The translations under genes were made by a program, and so were the position numbers. The notes under the pieces were generated by a model. The model did not search any database. It was not told the origin of the DNA and worked only from the letters and a program-made list of their open reading frames with translations. Shown here one piece after another: positions 25,104 through 37,097 of a DNA stretch of 64,000 bases (positions are counted from its first letter, which is position 1; each line of letters opens with the position of its first letter). The stretch spans positions 81,592,001-81,656,000 of the forward strand of contig OX597816.1 of assembly GCA_951406725.2 (NCBI GenBank), in the 5' to 3' direction. This stretch comes from Octopus vulgaris (taxonomy: Eukaryota).

Positions 25104-26514
25104 GCCATGTCTTGTGTAAATTGTACTGCAATTCATTGAATTTTTCATCAGATTTTCAGTGATGGCAAAGATTGGATTATAAATTTGTACATCCAGTATA
25201 TATTCGATAAAAAAGTATTTATGGCTTAGTGCACTTCTATCATAAAATGTGCTAAAATGCTTTTTAGTCAATCTAAATAATTTGTGCAGACCTTTAGTAC
25301 AATTTTGAGAAGTCATGTTTCAGTAAATATGTTTAATAGTGCTAGCATGGAACAAGGACGTTAAATGATGATGATGAAGACTAAAATTGCTATCAGTTCA
25401 GTATTTATTTAATTATTTTTGAGGAAGCATTTTATAATCTGAATGCTTGATTGAATTTATTACATAATATGAAAATTTGGTAATTTGAGAAGTGTAAACA
25501 TGATTCTTCTTTTCAATAGAAGAAATTTATGGGTGTACATTCAGTTTTTTTCAACAGCACACTGAATGTTATTATCGCCTATAATTTAGCAATAAATTAG
25601 CAATCCTGATAACTCATTAATGTAATGTAGGATATAATAATTTAAGGATATAATTTCTTATTCTGCTAATTTGTGGTGAAATATAGTGAGTTTTCAAGTG
25701 CCCTAGTTAGTAGAACAATACTACTCCTGATAAGTTTAGGAACTTGTATACTTTGAAAGTAACTTCAGCAATGTAACAGAATACTTTATTTGGTCTATTT
25801 TTGCTTAGCTCTTAATGTTTAAACATTTGGCCACAGACATATGTTTCTAAATATATATGTGTGTGTGTGTGTGTGTGAAGAGCAGAAAAAACAGTAGCTT
25901 TTGGTTTTATGAAAAGACTGTCCAGAACATAACTATTTAGTTAGATAGTAAATTAAATATAAATAGGTTATTTATATTTATGTTACTTTTATGAATTTTA
26001 TGAACAGTGTCATTGGTTATAGACATTCAATGAACCAATCGTATGCTTATTGCATTTCTGATGGTATGAGTGACAAGAAAGTGACAATGCAACCTGTGTG
26101 CAATAAATGCCACAAGGAATATTTTTTAATGCATCAATTTATTGGTGAAGTGTGTGAGTGTGTGTAGCTAAATTTAAAACTGGGACTTGTTATTTCCAGT
26201 CAGGAAATCTAGGACAAACAACTGGACACATTAAAATGACAGAGGGTCAGCAAATAGGTAACTGCCAAAGTTTTTCAAGTGCTCATTAAATCAGTTGATG
26301 ACAGCAACATGAAACTGACCAGTCAAGGTTGTTAACTGTGAATCAATCAAGCTTTGATATAAGCCCCTTCATCAAGACAGCAAGCCAAGAAGAGGAATGG
26401 ATGTAATGAAGCATTGAGTCCTTCAACTATCAACATTTTGTTTTTACAGCTAGACTCCTCAACAAAGAGATTCTGAAACATGAACTACCTGCAACCCACA
26501 TCCATTATCTCTCA

Positions 26515-26915
26515 TCTTTTACTTGTTTCAGCCATTAGACAGCTGCCATGCTAGGGTACCACCTTGAAGAGTTTTCGTCGAACCAATCAACCCCAATATT
26601 TATTTTTAAAGCTTGCTGCTTATTCTATCAGCTTTTGCTGAACCGTCAAGTTATAGGGACATAAACAAACCGAGACTGGTTATCAAGTGGTGGTGGAGAC
26701 CAAACACAGAGACACACACACACTCATAGGTGTGTGCATGCACACAGACACACATGACGAGTTTCATTCAGTTTCTGTCTCTCAAATCCACTCACAAGAT
26801 TATGTTGCCCCAGAGCCATAGTAGAAGACACTTGCCTAAAGTGCCATGTTGTGGGGCTGAACCTGGAACCATGTGGCTGGAAAGCAAACTTCTTTCCACA
26901 CAGCCATGATTGCAC
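26515..26915 (-). mobile_element. CORE-like SINE
   Basis: Reverse complement of the same family. Confidence 0.85.
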
Positions 26916-27094
26916 TTATGCTCTGATTATCATAATTTGTTTGGTTATATGAAATTAGCTACAATTTTTGACCAACCATATTTAAAAAAAAACAATCAAC
27001 ATCATTTTATATATGTATAAAAAAAAAACCTGTCCTTTTTCTGTTGATTTGCCTGACTGTCATGTTCAATGTCATGTTATTAACAATATGCATA

Positions 27095-27545
27095 AGGCAG
27101 CGAGTTGGCAGAAACATTAGCACGCAGAGCGAATTGCTTTGCAGTATTTTGTCTGCCATTACGTTCTGAGTTCAAATTCTGCCGAGGTCAACCTTGTCTT
27201 TCAACTTTTCGGGGTCAGTTAAATAAGTACCAGTTACAAACTGGGGTTGATGTAATTGATTTAATCCCTTTGTTTGTCCCCTCTATGTTTAGCCTCCTGT
27301 AGGCAATAAAGAAATAAATATACACAATCTATAGGGTGGTGAGCTGGCAGAAATGTTAGCAGGCCAGGCGAAATGCTTAGCGGTATTTCATCTGCCTTTA
27401 CATTCTGAGTTCAAATTCCTCTGAGATCAACTTTGCCTTTCATCCTTTCGGGGTTGATAAATTAAGTACCAGTTGTGTACTGGGGTTGATCTAATCAACT
27501 GGCCCCCTCCCGATAAATTCCGTGCCTTGTGCTTAGAGTAGAAAA
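27095..27545 (+). mobile_element. Two tandem tRNA-derived SINEs with a Meta-like central domain
   Basis: Heads gagctggcagaa…gagttcaaattc and core ctttgcctttcatcctttcggggttgataaattaagtacc, resembling the MetaSINE domain. Confidence 0.8.
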
Positions 27546-27579
27546 GGATATACATACTAACAATCTTACAGGGCACATT

Positions 27580-28610
27580 TGCCTCCTTTCTTTCTAACCA
27601 TTACAAGTATTTTGCATTCATTACAATACAGCATAGCAGTTCTAACATAAGTATCATACAATCTACCCTTCACACTGACAAAAAAAAAATACCTTCATTG
27701 CCAGCAGAGGTAGTAACTCCCTGAATTTTCTACAACCTGTTCTTAAATTGGTTTCTATGGTTTAAGAACAACCACCTCCCTTGCTAATATCACCTATGTT
27801 ACAGAAATGATTGACTACTTCCATTGAACCAACTAAGCATTTGAGAAAGTGCTTTTGGTGCATATTACTCCAGTGTATCTGCCACATGCAGAATATGCCT
27901 TCTCTGTTAGTATACCTGTGATCCCACTATATCTCTTGGATGTCCATAACTTACACTGAGTACAGCATATAGAGTTTGTAGCTACTCCTTTTCTGCAATT
28001 TAAACATGGCCAATTTCTTGATGGGAATAGCCTTGTTCAAGATTCCATCTTCTTTCCTACTTATTAACTCATAAGTTTTTGCTAAGTTTACCTTAATGCC
28101 TTTCAATTCAAGGTTTTGTTTCCATGCTTGAAATTTTGTCTCTAATTCCAGTATAGATTTAATTATATGAATTAAATCAATGACATATAGAAGTTCCCTT
28201 TAACAGATAGTCTTAAACTCCTCTGTGATGGCCTGTAAGACTATGATGAGTAAGAGAGGGCTGAGGACTCTACCTTGATGCCCCATCCCACATCACACAT
28301 ACATTAAATTCGTTGCTGAACCCATTATTGACTCTCACCTTATAACTTACTTCACCTTTGTACATAGCATGAACAACCCTCACAAACTACTCATCTACAC
28401 CTGGTTCCCTTAGTGACCACCAGATTACTGATTGTAGTACTCTATCAAAAGCATTCTTCAAGTCAATGAATGTCAGATACAGTGGTTTACACTTTGTCAA
28501 ATATTTCTCTTGCAGTTGTCTTACTACAAAGATTATATCTGTGGTACTTCTTCCAGGTACAAAGCCAAATTGCATCTTATCTAGAATAACTATTTGATCA
28601 GTTGTGCTCT
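27580..28610 (-). mobile_element. Decayed RTE LINE fragment
   Basis: MQFGFVPGRSTTDIIFVVRQLQEKY…DLKNAFDRV, collinear with the 12-13.6 kb copy. Confidence 0.85.
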
Positions 28611-30951
28611 GACTCTCTCTGACTTTCATAGTCACAAAGAGAGACATCCAACAGATTGATGCTTCTATAATTTCTTCTCTCTGAAGCACCCCCTTTGCTT
28701 TACAATGATACTGCAATGCCAGTTATTGAGTATTATTTGAATAAGTAGGATGGAGATACCATGAAAACAACAGAATATAAAGATGGACAAAATGCTGCTA
28801 AGCATTTTACCCAACTTGCTAATGATTCTGCCAGCTCATTCCCTTGTATTCCTGTTAATATCTCCAGAAATTCAATGAAAGTATTGACTAGATCAACCTT
28901 GACCTTTCTCTTTGCAACATCAAAGAGGTTTTTGTTCATTTTGTGAGCCTTGCAAAACTCACAAATGTGGGATTGTTCACTGCAGTGATTAATAATTAAG
29001 TTTAAGTCTTTGTTCCTGTACTAGAAATTGTTTGTTATTGAATGAGGGTGAGAATGTGTATAGACATTACTCATCAGAACATGCCCATATCAAAGTTCAC
29101 ACAAGTGTTTTTATTCTCTTTAGATACAGTTTTAATTTTTTAGCCATACAGTTAATTTATTTTTATTGTCACTGTTTACAGTAGTTTTTCTGAGGAGCTT
29201 TCAGGAAACTAACTGTATTTTGTTTGTCAAAAGCATCCTGCTGAGAATTCAGTGCAGATGAGTAGGACATGTTGTTCAAAAATGATCACATTATGAAAAT
29301 TCTTTCATATGGCCAACGAGTAGAAGGATACTGTGGTAAAGAAAGATCCATCCTTAAGTATAAGGATAAATTGAAATAGTCACTAAGATCTCTACAGCTT
29401 AATTTGACATTCTGGGAAAGTTATTGCCTAGATTGATCTGCATGGCATAAAATGTGTCTGATGCATGAAAACTATTTGAGTTGAAGTAATAGAATTATAT
29501 CCTGCAGTCAACAGACACATTTGTCCAATCCCAGGCAAAATCAAAATCATCAGTTTCTCCATTGTAATTTCATAGCAAAATCTATACCTGGACTCAGATT
29601 ACATTTATGCATCCATTACAAATAGATGCAGCTTCTTTTATTTTTAGACTTCTTTTGTTTTCTAAATCCTTTCCTTCAAACACTCATATGTCAAAATTGA
29701 TGTGAGTGGCCATTATTTATCACCATGTATTACATTAGTGATTTGCTTACACCAAAGTTATAAATATTGTTATTCTAAACATAAATGTACAACAGTTATT
29801 AGTGGAGATGATAGCTATTTCTAATTGATGTTTAAATAAGATTCTGACTTGAGCAAATATGATTGTTTTTAGTGTTAGGAATGTTTTTATATTTCTCTTT
29901 TCTCTGTATGTTGAGATTTTTGTCTACTTTCATTGCCATTATGATTGTTTAGGCTTTACATGTTTATTATTCAAATCAAGCAAAACATTAATTAACATTT
30001 CCTTACTTAACTGCATAAATGGCAAGCATATTATCAACTACTACATGATGTTTGTTTTAAACCAGTCTAAGTGTTGCATCAGTATTAAATGTAGTTTAAT
30101 ATGATGTAATATTTGCTCATTTTTTCTGTACTCTTATGGGTTTAATTACTTTACCACCTTCATTGTCCTCTTTCAATCTGATCCTACTTTTAGTTGTCAC
30201 ATACTTAAATAGATTTTTCTCTTTTCTCTCCTAGAGTTTTATGGCATTTTTTCATGGTTGGTTATCTTAATCATTTATTTGAATCACTTGTTTGCTCACT
30301 TTTTATCATCTATTTTCCCTGTCATTCTTATATAATATTTTTCTTTCTTCTTTCGATCTTATTAGATCTCCTCAGTGAAGCACATTCAGCTTGGGTGACA
30401 AAGCAGTGATGTGATCACTATATATTGATAGAAAAGGATGAGCTCTGTCCATTGCTTTCACCAATTGATTCTAAAGACAAGATCCACTCCCATCTGCACT
30501 ATCTTAAATTTCCCAAAATTGTGATTAGGTGAAATTATTAGAGTTATTTCCCATGTTTTTTTTTTGTTTTTTTTATATTTTAGCACCTTTAGGAAGACTT
30601 TTGTCTACTAATTGCATGGATAATCTTGATTAATTGAATTTTTTCATCTCACTATAGTACACCCCCTACTGTATGTGTATTTAGTATGCAGAATGCTCCT
30701 TTGAGTTTTTTTATCTACTCAATCAAAATTCAATTGAGATCAACCTTTGGTAAAATAAGTATTTATTAAGTACTACAGTTAATCTAATCAACTGTACATG
30801 TCTCCAAAATGTGTGATCTTCTACCAATGTTAGAAATTATTATTGTTATATTGATGGGTTGTGAGCTGGTAGAATTGTTAACATGTCAGGCAAAATGCTT
30901 AGTGGTTTTGCTTCAGGCTCTTTAGGTTCCAAGTTCAAATTCCACCGAAGT

Positions 30952-31335
30952 GGAAGCATTCCGTCGGTTACGACGACGAGGGTTCTGGTTGATCCGAATC
31001 AACGGAACAGCCTGCTCGTGAAATTAACGTGTAAGTGGCTGAGCACTCCACAGACACGTGTACCCTTAACGTAGTTCTCGGGGATATTCAGCGTGACACA
31101 GAGAGTGACAAGGCCGGCCCTTTGAAATACAGGTACAACAGAAACAGGAAGTAAGAGTGAGAGAAAGTTGTGGTGAAAGAGTACAGCAGGGATCACCATC
31201 ATCCCCTGCCGGAGCCTCGTGGAGCTTTAGGTGTTTTCGCTCAATAAACACTCACAACGCCCGGTTTGGGAATCGAAACCGCGATCCTATGACCGCGAGT
31301 CCGCTGCCCTAACCACAGGGCCATTGCGCCTCCAC
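30952..31335 (-). mobile_element. Young full-length tRNA-derived SINE (third family) nested in a Meta-like SINE
   Basis: tRNA-like head gtggaggcgcaatggccctgtggttaggg…ggtttcgattccc. TSD tccaccgaagt (30941-30951) / tccaccaaagt (31336-31346). The host SINE spans about 30855-31470. Confidence 0.9.
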
Positions 31336-31747
31336 TCCACCAAAGTAAACTTTGCCTTTCATCCTTTTACAGGTCAATAAAGTAAAATCTCAATCAAGTA
31401 CTGGAATCAGTGAAATTAACTAATATCTCCCCACTAAAAACCTAGTGGCCTTGTGCCAAAATTTGAAACCATTATTATACTGATGGGTGGTAGTTAGCAG
31501 AATTAGTAGAGAGCCAGATCAAATCCATTACAGTATTCTGACCGTTTCTGTCAGTAAATATATCTATGTGTGTGTGTCTTTGTGTCTGTGTTTGTTCCCC
31601 ACCCCACCACTTGACAACTGGTGTTGGTTTATTTGCAACCCTGTAACATACTGGTTTTTACATTATTTCAAGTGACACTTTTTTTTCAATTAGAAACTCA
31701 GATATAATATACAGTTCTTGTAGCACTGATTAATTCTTGTATGAAAT

Positions 31748-31982
31748 ATATTTCTTTATTGCCCACAAAGGGCTAAACATAGAGGGGACAAACAAGGACA
31801 GACAAAGGGATTAAGTCGATTACATCGACCCCAGTGCGAAACTGGTACTTTATTTATCGACCCTGAAAGGATGAAAGGCAAAGTCGACCTCGGCGGAATT
31901 TGAACTCAGAACATAACGACAGATGAAATACCACTAAGCATTTCGCCTGGCGCGCTAACGTGTCTGCCAGCTCACCGCCTTC
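31748..31982 (-). mobile_element. Young Meta-like SINE
   Basis: CpG-intact reverse complement of the 27095 family. Confidence 0.85.
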
Positions 31983-32261
31983 AGCACTTTTGGAGCTTCC
32001 ATCAATATTTTGAAACCATGGTTATTTTGATTGTTGGAAGTTTATAGAGAACTATGGAATACATCATTTCTTTTGAAATTGTATTTAATATCACATAATA
32101 GATAATTTCTTCAATTTCATTCCATAAGTTTTCAGTCAGTTGTTTTAGAAGTAATGTTAATGTTGTGTGTATAATAGATTTTAGCTTCAAATTTTAATAT
32201 AGTTTTAGTATTACATATATAAATGGTAGTAGAATAACATTATAGATAAGCTGTATATAGG

Positions 32262-32639
32262 GCACAGCCATGGCTTTGTGATAAGAAGTTTGCTTTCCAA
32301 CCACATGGTTTCAGGTTCAGTCCCATTGTGTGGCACTTGGCCAATTGTTTTCTGCTATACCCTCAGGCCAACCAAAGCCTTGAGAGTGGATTTGGTAGAC
32401 GAAAACTGAAAGAAGCCCATTGTAAATATATCTGTGTGTGTCTTTGTTTGTTCCCCACCCCACCACTTGACAACCGGTGTTGGTTTGTTTACATCCCTGT
32501 AACATACTGGTTTTGCAAAAGAGACCAATAGAATAAGTTCCAAGCTTCCAAAAAAGCACAGGAGTCAATTTATTTGACTAAAAACTCTTCAAGGCAGTGC
32601 CCCAGCATGGCCACAGTCTAATGACTAAAACAAGTAAAA
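32262..32639 (+). mobile_element. CORE-like SINE
   Basis: Same family; abuts the CR1/L2 tail. Confidence 0.85.
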
Positions 32640-33262
32640 TATAATAATAATAATAATGAAATTATTGTATCCAGTGCTTAGGTGCACCACAACTTGTCAA
32701 AAGTGCGTATAAAGCATATGCAGTAATGTACAAATGTCTGGGAAGTGAACAGTGTATGAGTCAGATACATGCTTGCGTGTGTATGGAGGGGAGAAAATCA
32801 GGTGTAGTGTTGACGAATATTGAAGGATGCAGTGCTCTGACAACTAACAACTGATGCTGGCAGTTTGCTCCATACTTCCGCAACTCTTAGAGTGAAAAAA
32901 TATTTCCGAAAGTCATGGGAGCTGTGCTGCTTTCTGACTTTGTAAACATGTCCACGGGTTTTAGACAGGTGGAGTTTGAAAAGGTGCTCAGAGTTATTGT
33001 TAGTAAGATGGTTAATAATTTTATGGGTGTCTGCCAAGTCAGCTGCCAGAAGTTGGAGTTTCAATGTATCCATGCCCAGGGAAGTAAGGTGTTCAGAATA
33101 TGGCAAATGCCTGATGGAGGGTATTCTCTTAGTTGCACGTCGCTGAATGGTTTCCAGACGATTAATATCCTGGGCAAGATAGGGGTTCCAGACTGGTGAT
33201 GCAAATTCCAGGTGAGGCCACACCATAGCTATATTAAGCCTCAGATAGATAGCCGGAGAGCA
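32640..33262 (-). mobile_element. 3' fragment of a second CR1/L2-type LINE family
   Basis: PHLEFASPVWNPY…LETIQRRATK…RGHVYK…WSKLP, then a 3' UTR ending in (ATT)n. Confidence 0.88.
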
Positions 33263-33736
33263 GAAATGTAACATTCAAATAAAAAGAAAAAAAAATTTTT
33301 CAAAAATCTCCCAGTGATTTAACATCTGCACCTTAGCATAAGTAATTGTTTTCTGCAAGACATGGTCATCATAAAATTCAACTTTCAAAAAAAGACCATT
33401 ACATTTCTGTCATCTGTGATATTATTTTGTTACGATCTTTATATACAACACTATGCCTTGGCATTCCTTCTTTCCCTTCTCTGTGAATGTTGCCATCTCC
33501 TCCACCAATCACCTGCAACTCCAATCACTATAACTCCTCCTCCTGCATCCCATATTTCAATTTTCTTTCTCATTCACTGTCTTTCTCTCTTTCTCTCTTC
33601 CCTACCATCTCTCTGCTATATATTTTTTTGTGACAAATGGCCCAACTAAGGGACCAACACAGAATGCATATTATATACATAGATACATGTAATATTTTTA
33701 CTTAATATAATGATTTAATATTAAAAAATGTAAAGT

Positions 33737-33950
33737 GGGCAAGCTGGCAGAATCATTAGCATGCCAGGCTAAATGCTTAGCAGCATTTCGTCTGTCTTTA
33801 TGTTCTGAGTTCAAATTCCATGAAGATCAACTTTAACCTTCCATCCTTTTGGGGTCGATAAAACAAGTACCAGTTGAGCACTGGGTTGATGTAATAGACT
33901 TGCCCCACCCCCGCACTTGCTGGCCTTGTACCAAAATTTGATACCAATTT
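33737..33950 (+). mobile_element. Meta-like SINE
   Basis: Same family. Confidence 0.8.
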
Positions 33951-35264
33951 TAGAAAATGTAAATGTTACTTCATTTAGTGAGTCTATTTTGACTTCACCA
34001 ACATTTTAATGTTTGGATTTGAATTACTAAAAATAGCAAAAAAATTCTTCAGATTCAGTCGATCATGACTTCATTTTGTTTTTTGGGTTTTTTTGTCAGT
34101 TTTGGGGATGAAAGCATTAACTCACATATGTTTATTATTTCAAAATGTTTGATGTAACTCTGGACAAATTTTCTTCGTTTTGAACAATGTTTACAAAGTA
34201 ATAATGATCAATAGAAATTGTGTTAACAATATTTGGAATTGAGAGAAGCTCAATAATGACTTTGTTTCAAGTTAATAAGTTTCATTTGTATGTTACTATG
34301 CATTTTTATGTTTTTATTCTTAACTATTTTTTGACTAAGTGCAAATAAGTTTATAAAAGCAAGTATGGAATCTTCTTTGTCAGTAAAATTGTGAAAATGA
34401 CTCATACAATAATCTGGGTTTGTTTCATTTTCAACATATTTTGTAAAATTACTATTGTCACTTAGTTCTTTAAAGTGCAGAAACTGGTTCAAATTTTCAT
34501 TTTCTAGCTGAAAAGTTTGAATTTCATCTGGAATGCATTGATATCATTTACTAAGCTAGGAAACAATTTTTCTCTTGTCCTACAATTAGATCATTTGGCT
34601 GAATAGTTACATAATCTAAAAATGCTAAATCAAATAGCCATTTATTATCACTTAAAAGGGCTGTTTTTTTCTACAGGCAGCATATTTTTCCCTTCTAGGA
34701 AATTTCAAACAGTATTTTTCAATTTCCTAAATTTACCCTGAACCCATCTTCTTGAAACCCAGCATGCTTCACAATGGAGTGCTAAAGTTTGAAACCAATA
34801 TTTTGCAATTTCTCTGAATTCTTATCTATTTAAAGTTCTTGCATTAATTTTATTTATGCTTTTCCAAGTATTCACATAATATGCTGCAAGTTTAAAGTTT
34901 TTCTGCACAGTGACTATTGGTGTATATTGCAGCAATACTTTAGTACCTTGGTTCCCAAACTTTTTCAAAATTTTCATCCTATGGACCCCCACCCCAAAAT
35001 GAAAAAAATCAGAGAAGACAAACAAAGCAAAAAGATCTTGTATAAAGTAATATTTCATGAGGTAAAATTTTACTGATAAAATAAAAAATTTCAACGAGAG
35101 GGGTGAACTTGTTTGGTCTGTATTAGGCTGTGTTTTTGATAATGCAACCCCTCATGTTATGCGCAACATCCAGTTTATTGTGAGCCTTTGTTTTAATTGC
35201 GAGTAAAGTTGCAAAAACCATCTCACATTCATATGCCACCATTTCTGCTCTGAGATTAAAAACT

Positions 35265-35600
35265 AGTTCTGGGTTCAGTCTCATTGCATGGCACTCTGGG
35301 CAAGTGTTTTAACTATAGCCTCAGGCTAACCAAAGCCATGTGAATGGATTTGGTTGACAGAAACTGAAAGACACCCATTGTATATAATATATATGTTTGT
35401 GCATGTGTGTGTCTTTGTGTCTGTGTTTATCCGCTATCACCACTCAACAACTGATGTTGGTTTGTTTATGTCCCTCCAACTTAGCAGTTTGGCAAAGGAG
35501 ATCAGCAAAATAAGTACCAGGTTTGTAAAAAGTACTGGGGTTCATTTGTTTGGCTGGATTTCTTCAAGGTGGTTCCCTAGCATGACAAACAAGTAAAAGT
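35265..35600 (+). mobile_element. CORE-like SINE, 5' clipped
   Basis: Same family. Confidence 0.8.
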
Positions 35601-35951
35601 TATCTTAGTCTCACAGTGAAAGATTTTTTCATACACTGTTCACTTTCCTGACTTTTGTACTTAATTCTATGTACTGTACATGTAGTGCACCTGAGCACTA
35701 TACACAATAAACCTATTGTAAACCTTTGTGAATTTTTATACTTTCTTATCTTTGTTATAATTTCATTTCATTGTCTTTTGCAGTTGAGTCGGGTATTCAG
35801 TACAAGAGCATTTTCAGATTACCTTCTTAGCGCTTCTGCAAACATATGTCAGTTATATAGTGCTCCCACTTTTTAAACTGGTTATTTGAACTTACTCCTT
35901 GTATTTATCTATATTACATAGATGTGTCAGTGATATTTAAGTACCATAGTC

Positions 35952-37097
35952 ATAGTCGTGATACAAGGAATCAACTGTTTAACTTATGGGCTTTTTTTTT
36001 TACAGCATATCCACTTGCGGGGCTATGATTCTCACATCTACATCGTTTAGATTCTTTTATTTTTTACTTGTTTCAGTCATTAGACTGTGGCCATGCTGGA
36101 GCACTGTCTCAAAGAATTTTAGTCGAATGAATTAACCCCAGTACTTATTTTTTTAAAGCCTGGTTTATTCTATCGGTCTCTTTTGCCAAACTGATAAGTC
36201 ACGAGGGCATAAACACACCAGTTGTTACATAGTGGTGGGGACAAACACAGTCACAAAGATACACACACATATACACATGCACATATACGACAGGCTTCTT
36301 TCAGTTTCTGAGTACCAAATCCACTCACAAGGCTTTTGTGTGCCCAAGGCTCTAGTAGAAGACACTTGCCTGAGACACCATGCAGTGGGACTGAACCCAG
36401 AAGCATGTAGTTGGGAAGCAAGCTTCTTACCACAAAGCCACGCCTGCGTTGTTTCCAAACTTAATTAACTTGTCGGTTTTTTTGTTGTATTCCTTTGTTA
36501 ATTATTTGTCTTCAGTCTGTTGCATCAAGTTAGAGCTTATCCTGGTTGCTATGGTGTACAAGTGATCAATAGCACAATACTCCCCCACCTCCTGAAACAA
36601 ATGCCAGTTTATTATTTATAACAAATTACAGAAACCTTATGTTATTTTGTAATCGCAAGAAATGTGACAGTGTTTAGTTTACATATGGCATAAGCTACTT
36701 TAAAACAACAATTAATATTTAATTTCTGTTGAGATTTATCTACCTGTGTACTAATATCTGTTGTAACTGCTTCTCAGATTGAGTACTAGCGAATTAGTTT
36801 TTTTTTGGGGGGGGGGTTATCTGAACTCAACTGAATAGCTTGGTTTAAATTCATGTAATTGAGCTGATTAGTTTAGCATGCAGCTGAAATAAGGTTAAAA
36901 GCTTAAGCTTAGTTAATCTTTATTATCATAGTTGTTGTTATTTATTGATATGATTGAAAATGTATGAAAATTGTAATCTCTTTAATTAACATTAATATAT
37001 ATAATTGCTCTGAGTATTTTAATCTAGCATATTATGACATAAAAGTATAAAAAAAAAAAACATAAGTTAAACAGTTGATTCCTTGTATCATGACTAT
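35952..37097. mobile_element. Non-autonomous TIR element with 37-bp inverted ends, containing a nested SINE
   Basis: 35952-35988 is the reverse complement of 37061-37097 with one mismatch. Poly-T and poly-A tracts extend the symmetry inward. Confidence 0.65.
36058..36448 (-). mobile_element. CORE-like SINE
   Basis: Reverse complement of the same family. Confidence 0.85.

Noticed and set aside
26345-26385. Penelope-type hammerhead ribozyme (minus strand ttgatgaagggg…)
   Set aside because: Lacks an intact CUGAUGA and GAAA core.
30235-30395. Plus-strand exons after the acceptors at about 30234 and 30366
   Set aside because: Weak donors or early stops and no recognisable protein similarity. 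Not excluded without RNA data.
31260-31335. tRNA gene on the minus strand
   Set aside because: It is the tRNA-like head of a SINE with a body and TSD, and has no proper acceptor stem.
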